Shown here: positions 1 to 8,315 of the stretch, piece after piece
Position numbering within the stretch: position 1 is the stretch's first letter
How the letters are laid out: each line of letters starts with the position of its first letter
Source of the DNA: Oscillospiraceae bacterium
GTDB lineage: Bacteria; Bacillota; Clostridia; Oscillospirales; Ruminococcaceae
Direction: 5' to 3'
DNA: 57,719 nt
Assembly: GCA_017473015.1 (NCBI GenBank)
Contig: JAFUNP010000006.1
Span: forward strand, 1 to 57,719
Program-made: the position numbers and the translations under genes
Notes under the pieces: generated by a model
Databases searched by the model: none
What the model saw: the letters and a program-made list of their open reading frames with translations, nothing else
Told to the model about the DNA's origin: nothing

Positions 1-271
1 TCAGTTCCGTTTGTCAACAACTTTTTTATCTTTTTTACAAGTTTTTTCAAACTTCTTTGTGTGTTTTGCTACCCCTTCCGAGACAGCTCATTTATTATAC
101 CACATCCCTGGGATTTGTCAACCCTTTTCTTTCTCTTTTTTCGGTTTCTTGTGGTTTTGACTGTCTCTCTCAAGACAGCTTGATTATTATAACTCTGCTT
201 TTGGTAAAAGTCAACACTTTTTTTGCTAAAATTTGCAATTTATGACAAAAAAATGTAAAAACAGCCTTTTA

Positions 272-298
272 TACAAAAAGGGCGGCACAGCCGCCCTA
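272..298 (-). terminator. Rho-independent terminator downstream of the B3/4-domain gene (minus strand)
   Basis: GC hairpin gggcggcacagccgccc followed by a T-run on the minus strand, directly after the stop of the 310..1017 ORF. Confidence 0.6.
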
Positions 299-309
299 TA
301 AGTTGTACA

Positions 310-1017
310 TTATTCAATATCCATATCAAAGATACGGTTGTCTTTGTCTATCAGGCCCACCTTTGTTCTGCAGCCCATTTTATTTTTCAGAATATCATCC
401 AGCTCTGCGCGTGCTGCCAGAATTTCCTCCAGGTTCTCTGTAAAGCCATCCAGGATAAACAACAGTTCATTTGTTTCAGCACCGATTTTGCCTTCTTCAC
501 TCTGACGCCATATCCAGCGGCGTGTTCTTACCTTTGTACCTGTGGCATAAACCACTTCATCAATATCAACAGGTTCTCTTTCTTCTGCGCCGAAAGGCAG
601 GAAGGTATCTTCCGCTGTGGCTGTGCGCACGCAGAATTCGCCGTCCATTGTGGCCAGGTCGTGAGCGCCTACAGGCAGATAATGCTTCAGAGAAATGGCA
701 TTGCCCAGGTCAACCACTGCATTGATGTGTGGCATACCTTTTTTCTTCGCAATACGTGTCAGCAGTGCTTCAATACTGCTCATAAACTTGTTTGGATTGA
801 TGCCCAGGGCAGTAAATGCGTTGCGGTATGGCAGCAGTTCTTTTTCCTGCTTTACCACTTTGCCCTCAAAATGTGCTTCGCAGCCAGCGATGCTTTCATC
901 CAGCATTGCATCGATAAAATCATAACCTTTGCTGTTGTCCACACCTTTTACGCTTACCAGACCGAAGCATACATTTGGCATTTTTTCAAATACTTTTTCT
1001 GTTACATAAAAATTCAT
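310..1017 (-). CDS. B3/4 domain-containing protein (PheT B3/B4-like tRNA-binding fold)
   Basis: 235-aa ORF with clean coding statistics. The assignment rests on recalled similarity to the B3/4-domain proteins common in Clostridia; no specific motif was verified. Confidence 0.5.
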   Translation of the reverse strand: MNFYVTEKVFEKMPNVCFGLVSVKGVDNSKGYDFIDAMLDESIAGCEAHFEGKVVKQEKELLPYRNAFTALGINPNKFMSSIEALLTRIAKKKGMPHINAVVDLGNAISLKHYLPVGAHDLATMDGEFCVRTATAEDTFLPFGAEEREPVDIDEVVYATGTKVRTRRWIWRQSEEGKIGAETNELLFILDGFTENLEEILAARAELDDILKNKMGCRTKVGLIDKDNRIFDMDIE

Positions 1018-1215
1018 CTTGTCTCTCCCTTGATTATTTATTCCGTCCTGTTATATCCGGAAACCTTGGGTGCACAAGTACCCGCTACCAAGGGGCAGGG
1101 CCGGTGTAAACAGCAAACCGTTTGTCCCAGTGGGTAATAAGCCATAGGCAGATTGCGTGGGTAATTTACTGTTATATAATGTATTATATATATAATATAT
1201 CAATATTTCAAGATA

Positions 1216-1590
1216 TTATTTTGTTTCTTTCAGTATTGCCCTTTCTATTAAAGCCAGCTGCCTGCCGGTAAAACCGATGATGTACAGGTTTCCGCCGGGA
1301 TATATTATTTTCATTATCCCAGGCAGGCTTTCTCTGAACACAGCCGTCTGTACCCAGGATATATTACTTACTATAATAATAGTTCTGCGGGTGAAAAGTC
1401 TGCCGCTGTGTCTGACGATTTTGTCCCCGGCAATCTCTATTCTCTGACCTGCCAGATAAAACTGAAACCACACTCCTGCTGCTGCAGCAACAGCCAGAGT
1501 AAGTGTATCAGCCGTTAAAAAGGACAAGGCAACCACCCCAGCTGCCCATACAACACCCACAGCAACACGGGAGAAAAACGGTACTTTCAT
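1216..1590 (-). CDS. small membrane protein with YdbS/bPH-like (bacterial PH) domain
   Basis: 124 aa with two N-terminal hydrophobic helices followed by a short soluble domain, an architecture typical of DUF304/bPH_2 proteins. Confidence 0.4.
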   Translation of the reverse strand: MKVPFFSRVAVGVVWAAGVVALSFLTADTLTLAVAAAAGVWFQFYLAGQRIEIAGDKIVRHSGRLFTRRTIIIVSNISWVQTAVFRESLPGIMKIIYPGGNLYIIGFTGRQLALIERAILKETK

Positions 1591-1774
1591 AAAAACACCT
1601 CTGTGGATTTTGGGTCCATAAAGGAAGATTTATGCGATTATAAAAGAATTGAAGATATATTTCAGTATATTTATTTTACATTTTGTAATTTTGTAAATTT
1701 AATTTACAATTTGTTATTTAATAAAAAACAGATGATTATGGCAGATAGTATCCGTCCCTACGCGAAAAAATCTG

Positions 1775-2160
1775 CACTTGAAGAGCTCCCTTGCAGGGGA
1801 GCTGTCAATGTAGCTGACTGAGGGGTTTCTTCCTTGTCGATATGCTTACCGTCACGGGACGATGTGGGCATCGTCCCCTACATAAACCACAGCATAAACT
1901 GACAAGTGTTTTTTGCAAAGCCTACACCTCTGCAAAACTCTGTTTTTCTTTTGCCTTGCTCGCATTTAGCCACAGCTCGCATTTGCGCACGGTCGGCGAT
2001 AAATCGCCTTCCGCGGCCTCACTAGCCTCGCAGGACAAGCTCGGCTTTTTGGCTTCGCCAAAACCATTCCGTCGCTACGCTTACCGGCACGGGTGTTTTT
2101 TGCAAAGCAAAAAACACCCCTCCAGCATTGTTTAGGAAACCATACGGTCAGTACTGTGTC
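1775..2160. repeat. Composite intergenic repeat block (REP hairpin GTAGGGGACGATG...CATCGTCCC plus modules shared with copies at 23990-24075, 26742-26850 and 34375-34505)
   Basis: Segment 1945-2030 is the near-exact reverse complement of 34395-34480. The REP hairpin at 1855-1880 matches 34375-34402. The gctgactgaggg and ctcccttgcaggggag modules recur at 26830, 36512 and 57672. Confidence 0.8.
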
Positions 2161-2213
2161 CAGCGGGAGGGGTGCTTAAAAGCTATTTAATTGTCAACCG
2201 TCAGCAAATAAAA

Positions 2214-3539
2214 TTATTTAACTTTAACGATTTTTTCCAGACCACCCATGTATGGACGGAGAACTTCTGGAATTGTTACAGAGCCGTCAGCCTGCAGGTG
2301 GTTTTCCAGGAATGCAATCAGCATACGTGGAGGAGCAACAACTGTGTTGTTCAGTGTGTAAGCCAGCTGAGTTTTGCCTGTTTCTTCATCTTTGTATTTG
2401 ATGTTCAGACGGCGTGCCTGAGCGTCACCCAGTGTGGAGCAGGAACATACTTCAAAGTATTTCTGCTGACGTGGACTCCATGCTTCGATGTCGCATGATT
2501 TAACTTTCAGGTCTGCCAGGTCACCGGAGCAGCATTCCAGCTGACGAACAGGGATTTCCAGGCTGCGGAACAGTTCTACAGAGTAGTTCCACATTTTGTT
2601 GTACCATTCCATGTGGTCTTCTGGTTTACAGATAACAATCATTTCCTGTTTTTCAAACTGGTGTACACGGTAGATACCGCGTTCTTCGATACCGTGGGAG
2701 CCTTTTTCTTTTCTGAAACATGGGCTGTAAGATGTGAGTGTCAGAGGCAGTTTAGCGCCGTCCAGAGTCTGGTCGATGAAACGGCCAATCATTGTATGTT
2801 CGGATGTACCGATGAGGTAAAGGTCTTCACCTTCGATTTTGTACATCATAGCTTCCATTTCTGGGAAGGACATAACACCTTTAACAACATTACCGTGCAT
2901 CATGAAAGGAGGAATTACATAAGTAAAGCCTTTGCCAATCATAAAGTCACGTGCGTAAGCCAGAACAGCTTCGTGCAGACGGGCTACATCACCCAGCAGG
3001 TAGTAGAAACCGGAACCTGCTACACGGCCTGCGGATTCAAGGTCGATACCGCCCAGGCTGTCAAGAATGTCAGCGTGGTATGGGATTTCCCATTCTGGAA
3101 CAACATTGTCACCGAAGTGCTGAACATCAACGTTTTCAGAGTCATCACGGCCGATTGGTACAGATGGGTCGATGATGTTTGGCAGTGTGTACATGATTGT
3201 CTGGATTCTTTCTTCCAGTTCTGCCTGTTTTGTTTCCAGAGCTGTCAGTTCGTCTTCGTCAGCTTTAACTGCTGCCATATTGGCGTCGATTTTTGCCTGG
3301 ATTTCAGCTTTTTCTTCTTCTGTAGCAGCTTTTTTCAGAGCGCCGAAGAGTGGGCCGTTTTCTTTGGACAGTTTGTTTCTTTCTGCGCGCAGAGCATCTC
3401 TTTTACCCTGGATGTCACGACGGGCAGCGTCCAGTTCGATAACTTCGTCAACCATTGGAAGTTTTTCATCCTGGAATTTCTTTTTGATGTTTTCTTTAAC
3501 GATTTCTGGATTTTCGCGGACAAATTTAATGTCTAACAT
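2214..3539 (-). CDS. serS: serine--tRNA ligase
   Basis: 441 aa with an N-terminal coiled-coil arm followed by a class II aaRS core (motif 2/3-like FRKE...GSH, HQFEKQE). RBS aaggag sits 12 nt after the parB stop, so no leader or T-box is possible. Confidence 0.9.
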   Translation of the reverse strand: MLDIKFVRENPEIVKENIKKKFQDEKLPMVDEVIELDAARRDIQGKRDALRAERNKLSKENGPLFGALKKAATEEEKAEIQAKIDANMAAVKADEDELTALETKQAELEERIQTIMYTLPNIIDPSVPIGRDDSENVDVQHFGDNVVPEWEIPYHADILDSLGGIDLESAGRVAGSGFYYLLGDVARLHEAVLAYARDFMIGKGFTYVIPPFMMHGNVVKGVMSFPEMEAMMYKIEGEDLYLIGTSEHTMIGRFIDQTLDGAKLPLTLTSYSPCFRKEKGSHGIEERGIYRVHQFEKQEMIVICKPEDHMEWYNKMWNYSVELFRSLEIPVRQLECCSGDLADLKVKSCDIEAWSPRQQKYFEVCSCSTLGDAQARRLNIKYKDEETGKTQLAYTLNNTVVAPPRMLIAFLENHLQADGSVTIPEVLRPYMGGLEKIVKVK

Positions 3540-3551
3540 GATAAACTCCTT

Positions 3552-4409
3552 TTATTTCTTTTCAAGCAAATTAGCCAGTTCCATCAGCTGTTCCTGACTA
3601 TTGAATGTAATGTTGAGTGACCCTTTGCCGTCCTTGTAACTGATTTTTACCGGAGTTCCGTGCATTTCTGACAGGGCAATCTCCACTTCCTTTACTATGG
3701 AAGGCACATTAAGGGTTTTGGGCTGTTTCGGAACTTTCTGCAGCTGTTTTGCCAGCAGTTCACACTGGCGGACTGACAGCTGTTTTTCGGCTGTCTGCAC
3801 AGCCAGCTCCATCTGTTTTTCTTCGTCTGTAACCGACAGGATAACCTTTGCATGGCCCAGACTGATTTTATTTTCCTTTACCATCTGCAAAATATCCTGT
3901 GGCAGATTGAGTATGCGCAGGCTGTTTGCTATGGATGAGCGCGGTATAGACAGCTTTTTACTGATTTCATCCTGTGTGAGATTAAAGCTTTCCATCAGGC
4001 TTTTGTAACCGAGAGCCACTTCAACAGGGTCCAGGTCTTCTCTCTGCAGATTTTCAATCAGGGCTATTTCCTTTGCACTCTGGGTGGAAACATCTTTTAC
4101 TATTGCAGGGATTTCTGTCAGGCCTGCCATTCTGGCGGCACGGAAGCGTCTTTCCCCTGCGATAATGGTGTAGCGGCCGATGCCGTTTGGCATCAGCACA
4201 ATAGGCTGCAGCACGCCGTGTTCGAGAATGGACCGGCTGAGCTGCTCAAGACTCTGTGTTTCAAAAGTCTTGCGTGGTTGATACGGGTCAACATCTATGT
4301 CCGATAATTTTACAGTGGATGCCGAGGCATCCGAGATTTGCTGCTCGCTGGATAAAAACAACGAGTCTAATCCTCTCCCTAAACCGGTATTTTTCTTCGC
4401 CATGGGCAT
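3552..4409 (-). CDS. parB: chromosome partitioning protein ParB/Spo0J
   Basis: N-terminal GLGRGLDSLF ParB box, an HTH region and the LQREDL motif; position downstream of parA. Confidence 0.85.
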   Translation of the reverse strand: MPMAKKNTGLGRGLDSLFLSSEQQISDASASTVKLSDIDVDPYQPRKTFETQSLEQLSRSILEHGVLQPIVLMPNGIGRYTIIAGERRFRAARMAGLTEIPAIVKDVSTQSAKEIALIENLQREDLDPVEVALGYKSLMESFNLTQDEISKKLSIPRSSIANSLRILNLPQDILQMVKENKISLGHAKVILSVTDEEKQMELAVQTAEKQLSVRQCELLAKQLQKVPKQPKTLNVPSIVKEVEIALSEMHGTPVKISYKDGKGSLNITFNSQEQLMELANLLEKK

Positions 4410-4608
4410 CTTCCTTTCTTTCGGATTTTGTACATATACACTTGTATTACCTGAAAATACAGTTTCGCAAATTACTGTACTCTATTATCATACTACTTTA
4501 TGAAAAATAACTCAAGTGTTTTATTGATTTTTCCATTTGTGCTGCCAAATATAGCTGTTGCGGCTTTGGTTGCATGTCAGATAGGAAATTTTATATTCTT
4601 CCCCCGCC

Positions 4609-4624
4609 TGTTCCACATAGAACA
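4609..4624. promoter_or_regulatory. degenerate parS-like half-palindrome TGTTCCACATAGAACA
   Basis: Outer arms TGTTCC/GAACA match the parS arms but the centre is diverged. Located just upstream of parB. Confidence 0.25.
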
Positions 4625-4640
4625 TCTTTTATATACATTA

Positions 4641-5192
4641 TTATATATAATAAATGTCGGTGGACCAGTTGGCAGGGTTGTTGGCAATATATTCCGCCTT
4701 TTCCATATAATCCGCCTCATTGCGGATAATATGGTCGTAGTATGAGCGCTGCCATACATCAATTTCTGGCATCAGATAATGAATTTTCTTTGATGAATTC
4801 ATTTTCAGATATCCAACTGCCTTTGATACAACCGAGCGTTTACCGCGTAGGGGCGATTCACGAATCGCCCGCTCTTCTTTTATAGTGAAAAGCAGATGTA
4901 TATGATTTGGCATTATTACATATTCGTTAATCTCTATATTAAATTTTTCAGGCAGTTCACATATTATTTCGTCAACTATACGCCCACAGGAAGACAATCT
5001 GTTTTCGGGCGGTTCGTGAACCGCCCCTACGCGAATCCGGGAAATTTTCCGGTATTCAGTTTTATTTTTATCCGCATTCTTCCAGAATAAATTTTTCCTG
5101 TCTTTGGTACATATTGTGATAAAGTACATACCTGCTGTGCTGTAATCCCAATCTTTCAAACGGATACTTTTTCTTTGCGGCAGATTATCCAT
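4641..5192 (-). CDS. REP-associated tyrosine transposase (RAYT, IS200-like Y1 HuH transposase)
   Basis: 183 aa with YFITICT N-terminus, HuH motif IMPNHIHLL and catalytic WQRSYYDHIIRNE (compare E. coli YafM FWEHAIRN). Lies between parA (stop 5196) and parB. Carries two in-frame REP hairpins at 4843-4872 and 5007-5033. Confidence 0.8.
   Translation of the reverse strand: MDNLPQRKSIRLKDWDYSTAGMYFITICTKDRKNLFWKNADKNKTEYRKISRIRVGAVHEPPENRLSSCGRIVDEIICELPEKFNIEINEYVIMPNHIHLLFTIKEERAIRESPLRGKRSVVSKAVGYLKMNSSKKIHYLMPEIDVWQRSYYDHIIRNEADYMEKAEYIANNPANWSTDIYYI
4843..4872. repeat. REP hairpin inside the RAYT coding sequence (ccgcGTAGGGGCGATTCACGAATCGCCCgc), identical to the intergenic copy at 24126-24152
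   Basis: GTAG head plus palindrome GGGCGATTC/GAATCGCCC. Encodes AIRESPLRG in frame. Confidence 0.8.
5007..5033. repeat. REP hairpin inside the RAYT coding sequence (GGGCGGTTCGTGAACCGCCCCTACGCG), in opposite orientation to 4843-4872
   Basis: Palindrome GGGCGGTTC/GAACCGCCC plus the GTAG head on the gene strand. Encodes RVGAVHEPPE in frame. Confidence 0.8.
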
Positions 5193-5195
5193 TGG

Positions 5196-5960
5196 CTACC
5201 TTCCGTTCTGTCCCAACACTTCCTCGGCCAGTTCCATATAGCTTTTTGCACCTTTGGATGAGGCATCGTAAAAATTGATAGGTTCGCCGTAGCTTGGGGC
5301 TTCGGACAGGCGCACATTTCTTGGAATTGTGGTTTTGTACACCTTATTTGGGAAATACTTCTTAACCTCTGCCACCACCTGTAAGGTAAGGTTAAGACGG
5401 GAATCATACATTGTCAGCAAAACACCTTCAATATCAATGTATTTATTATAGTGTTGCTTAACCAGACGGATGGTATTCATCAGTTCAGAAAGACCTTCCA
5501 GAGCAAAGAATTCGCACTGGATAGGCACCAGCACTGTGTCAGCCGCTGACAGCGCATTGATTGTCAGCAGGTCAAGGGCCGGCGGACAGTCTATAAATAT
5601 AAAATCATAGTTGTCGCTGACTCTGTTCAGCGCTGTGCGCAAACGGGCGTGACGGTTATCAAGAGCCACCAGCTCAACTGCAGCCCCTGCCAGCTTTGTA
5701 GATGACGGCAATACATCAACACCGAATTTTGTCTTTACCAAAGCGTCCCTTACATCATCACCGTCCAAAATAACTGTATAGGTAGAGTGTTCCAGACCTC
5801 TTTTCATTATACCGTAGCCGGATGTAGTGTTTCCCTGGGGGTCCAGGTCTACCAGCAATACCTTTTTACCTTTTGCGGCTATACACGCGGCCAGATTTAC
5901 CGCTGTAGTTGTTTTGCCCACGCCGCCTTTCTGGTTTGCCACCGCTATAATTTTTGCCAT
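5196..5960 (-). CDS. parA: chromosome partitioning ATPase ParA/Soj
   Basis: Deviant Walker A KGGVGKTT; 254 aa, typical of Soj. Confidence 0.9.
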   Translation of the reverse strand: MAKIIAVANQKGGVGKTTTAVNLAACIAAKGKKVLLVDLDPQGNTTSGYGIMKRGLEHSTYTVILDGDDVRDALVKTKFGVDVLPSSTKLAGAAVELVALDNRHARLRTALNRVSDNYDFIFIDCPPALDLLTINALSAADTVLVPIQCEFFALEGLSELMNTIRLVKQHYNKYIDIEGVLLTMYDSRLNLTLQVVAEVKKYFPNKVYKTTIPRNVRLSEAPSYGEPINFYDASSKGAKSYMELAEEVLGQNGR

Positions 5961-6048
5961 AGTTACCCCACCTTTTGCTGTAATAAATAATTTATCGTCA
6001 ATATTTTTATTTTATCATATAACATATAGTTTTTAAAGAGTAATTTTT

Positions 6049-6064
6049 TGTTCCATGTGGAACA
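6049..6064. promoter_or_regulatory. parS-like site TGTTCCATGTGGAACA
   Basis: 16-bp near-palindrome with 3 mismatches to the Firmicutes parS consensus TGTTTCACGTGAAACA. Sits in the parA/noc-like divergent intergenic region. Confidence 0.5.
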
Positions 6065-6123
6065 TATATACCATTTCAAAAACCTCAATAATAAAATTAA
6101 ACGTAGTTTTTAATATACTTTTC

Positions 6124-6153
6124 GGGACGTCGAGGACGCCGTCCCCTACGCGG
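6124..6153. repeat. REP hairpin GGGACGTCGAGGACGCCGTCCCCTACGCG (same unit as 25881-25908 and RAYT2 10858-10886)
   Basis: GTAGGGG head with a GC-rich palindrome. The surrounding 6120-6420 region is a stack of further hairpins (6161-6192, 6273-6310, 6313-6350). Confidence 0.75.
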
Positions 6154-6568
6154 GGTGGGTATCGGGAGGAGTGCAACGCACCTCCCGATTTTTTATAAGC
6201 GCGTGACGTTGAGTTGCCGATTTGAAAATGCGCAGCATTTTTTGGAGGCAATAGTGACGCGCACACCTTCTACGCGTTAGGGGACCGGGGCGAATCGCAA
6301 CGCCCCGGGGCTTTGGTACTTTCACCCTGAAAGTACGTAAAACTTCTTTTGAAGTTTTATCTATATAATCGAGGCTGTTAGCGATAAACGGTAACCCTAA
6401 CTTTCCATCACATAATCCACCAATTTCCACCACCCTTCCCCTTTCTTCCCTATATTTTTACAAAATAAACCGAAAATAATGTAATTTTCTCTGTTTTTCT
6501 GCGATATATAAAGGTATATTTTTTATTTTATATATGTTATTGTAAAATCAAAGAAAGGAGTTTTGCCA

Positions 6569-7369
6569 ATGTTCGCCACAGCATTCAGACCACGCCGGGA
6601 AGTAAACACAGTCATGCAGATACCCTTGTCACAGATTGTCCCCTGTCCTTATCAGCCGCGAAAGCTTATAAACCGTCAGGCATTGGAAGACCTGGCAGAA
6701 AATATAAAGGAAAACGGCATACTTCAGCCGCTGACTGCCACCCGACTGTCTGACGGCCGCTACCAGCTGATTGCTGGTCACCGCAGGCTTTTGGCCGCCA
6801 CCAAGGCCGGACTGGAAACCGTGCCTGTCATCCTTCTGGATAAAACCGAAGAAGAAGTGGCGGTGTTGGCGGTAATAGAAAACCTGCAGCGTGAGGATTT
6901 AAACTTTTTTGAACAGGCTATGGCTATACAGTCACTGATGACCAACCTTAATCTTACCCAGGCCGCCGTAGGCCAGAAGCTTTCCCTTTCCCAGCCGGCA
7001 GTAGCCAACAAACTGAAACTGCTGCAGTTTTCCAAAGAACAGCAGATGAAGATACTGGCTTTCAATCTGTCTGAACGCCACGCACGCGCTATTTCCCGTC
7101 TGCCTGCCGAAAAGCAGGACAAAGCCCTGGACTACATAATCCGCAACAATCTGAATGTTTCCGCCACCGACAGATATGTGAACAGCCTGCTGGCCCCAAA
7201 AGAAAAGCACAAGCAGACTGTAAAAGTAAATATAAAGGATATACGCATATTTTCAAACACAATCGCAAAGGCAGTAAAGATAATGCAGACTGCCGGAATA
7301 AACGCAGGCTGTCAGCAGACCGAAGACGACACCGCTATCCGCTGGCAGATAACAGTACCCAAAATATAG
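6569..7369 (+). CDS. noc: ParB-family paralog, Noc-like (nucleoid occlusion protein-like)
   Basis: ParB box region VPCPYQPRK, LIAGHRR, LQREDL and a C-terminal ERHARA...LNVSATDRYV resembling the B. subtilis Noc C-terminus. ATG at 6569 is preferred over the TTG at 6563 (RBS aaggag 6555-6560). Confidence 0.7.
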   Translation: MFATAFRPRREVNTVMQIPLSQIVPCPYQPRKLINRQALEDLAENIKENGILQPLTATRLSDGRYQLIAGHRRLLAATKAGLETVPVILLDKTEEEVAVLAVIENLQREDLNFFEQAMAIQSLMTNLNLTQAAVGQKLSLSQPAVANKLKLLQFSKEQQMKILAFNLSERHARAISRLPAEKQDKALDYIIRNNLNVSATDRYVNSLLAPKEKHKQTVKVNIKDIRIFSNTIAKAVKIMQTAGINAGCQQTEDDTAIRWQITVPKI

Positions 7370-7370
7370 T

Positions 7371-7396
7371 TAATAAACACCCCGGTGTTTTTAATA
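7371..7396 (+). terminator. intrinsic terminator after the noc-like gene
   Basis: Hairpin aaacaccccggtgttt followed by a T-run. A second hairpin, aaggcacctt/aaggtgcctt, lies at 7429-7460. Confidence 0.5.
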
Positions 7397-7473
7397 TACA
7401 GTTTTTCACCATTCCTATTAACCGCACAAAAGGCACCTTTTACAAGGTGCCTTTTGTGTTTCCGTATCAACCT

Positions 7474-7489
7474 TGTTCCACGTGGAACA
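7474..7489. promoter_or_regulatory. parS site TGTTCCACGTGGAACA (perfect 16-bp palindrome)
   Basis: One mismatch (symmetrised) from the consensus TGTTNCACGTGAAACA. Located downstream of the noc-like gene, near rsmG. Confidence 0.6.
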
Positions 7490-7599
7490 AATAAAATCTA
7501 TAAGTCAGATACTCACATCCGCTCTATTCATAAATAGACAAATATAATTAAACTCCCCATATTTATCAATACAGGGAGTTCTCTATTACATTTCTATTA

Positions 7600-8298
7600 T
7601 CACAGCGGTGCTTTATTTATCTTTCCGCCGTTGCGTGGGTATGGTTTTGGTGTTTCTTTTATTTTCTTTGAAACAATCAGACAGCGTTTGCTTTCATCAG
7701 GCAATGTGAAAGTTTCCATATTTTCATATTTGCCGCCCAGCTTTTCAATGGCTTTCAGCGCAGGTGTCAGCTCCTTTTCGCCGTCGCCTTTCATGGCGAT
7801 GAAATGGCCGCCCACCTTTGCCAGCGGGATGCAGTATTCAGACAACACTCTCATATCTGCCACAGCACGGGCAGTTACCACATCAAACTGTTCTCTCCAC
7901 TGTTTTCTGGCTGCTTCCTCCGCTCTTTCCTTTACTACATGGCCATCAAGACCAAGAGTATCCAGAGCATACTGCAGAAATGTGCAGCGTTTGCCTGTTG
8001 GCTCAATAAGAGTCAGGTCAATTTCCGGTTTGTAAATTTTGGTTACAATACCCGGAAAGCCTGCGCCTGTGCCAACATCAGCCACTTTGCCTTTTACCAG
8101 AGAATGCTTTGCAAACAGCAGGCTGTCCAGAAAATGCTTGTTTTCAATGCCCAGTGGGTCAGTAATAGCTGTCAGATTAACCTTTTCGTTGTAATCCACC
8201 AGTATTTCGGCATACTTGTCCAGCTGGTCCAGCTGTTTTTCTGTCAGTTCTATATCATATTCTTTCAGAGTCTGTACAAAACGAATTCTGTCAATCAT
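7600..8298 (-). CDS. rsmG: 16S rRNA (guanine527-N7)-methyltransferase RsmG (GidB)
   Basis: 232 aa with SAM motif DVGTGAGFPG; adjacent to mnmG. Confidence 0.9.
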   Translation of the reverse strand: MIDRIRFVQTLKEYDIELTEKQLDQLDKYAEILVDYNEKVNLTAITDPLGIENKHFLDSLLFAKHSLVKGKVADVGTGAGFPGIVTKIYKPEIDLTLIEPTGKRCTFLQYALDTLGLDGHVVKERAEEAARKQWREQFDVVTARAVADMRVLSEYCIPLAKVGGHFIAMKGDGEKELTPALKAIEKLGGKYENMETFTLPDESKRCLIVSKKIKETPKPYPRNGGKINKAPL

Positions 8299-8315
8299 AT
8301 TTACTCCTAAATTAA

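Noticed and set aside
1842-2498. 97-aa and 108-aa plus-strand ORFs
   Set aside because: They lie within the composite repeat block and antisense to the serS 3-prime end.
2613-3536. 307-aa plus-strand ORF
   Set aside because: Antisense to serS; Phe/Val-rich shadow frame.
6033-6433. 77-aa and 95-aa minus-strand ORFs in the parA/noc spacer
   Set aside because: They span stacked REP hairpins (Gly/Pro/Arg codons from GC-rich palindromes); no RBS.
6563-6568. TTG start for the noc-like gene as given in the ORF track
   Set aside because: ATG at 6569 has better RBS spacing; the difference is 2 codons.
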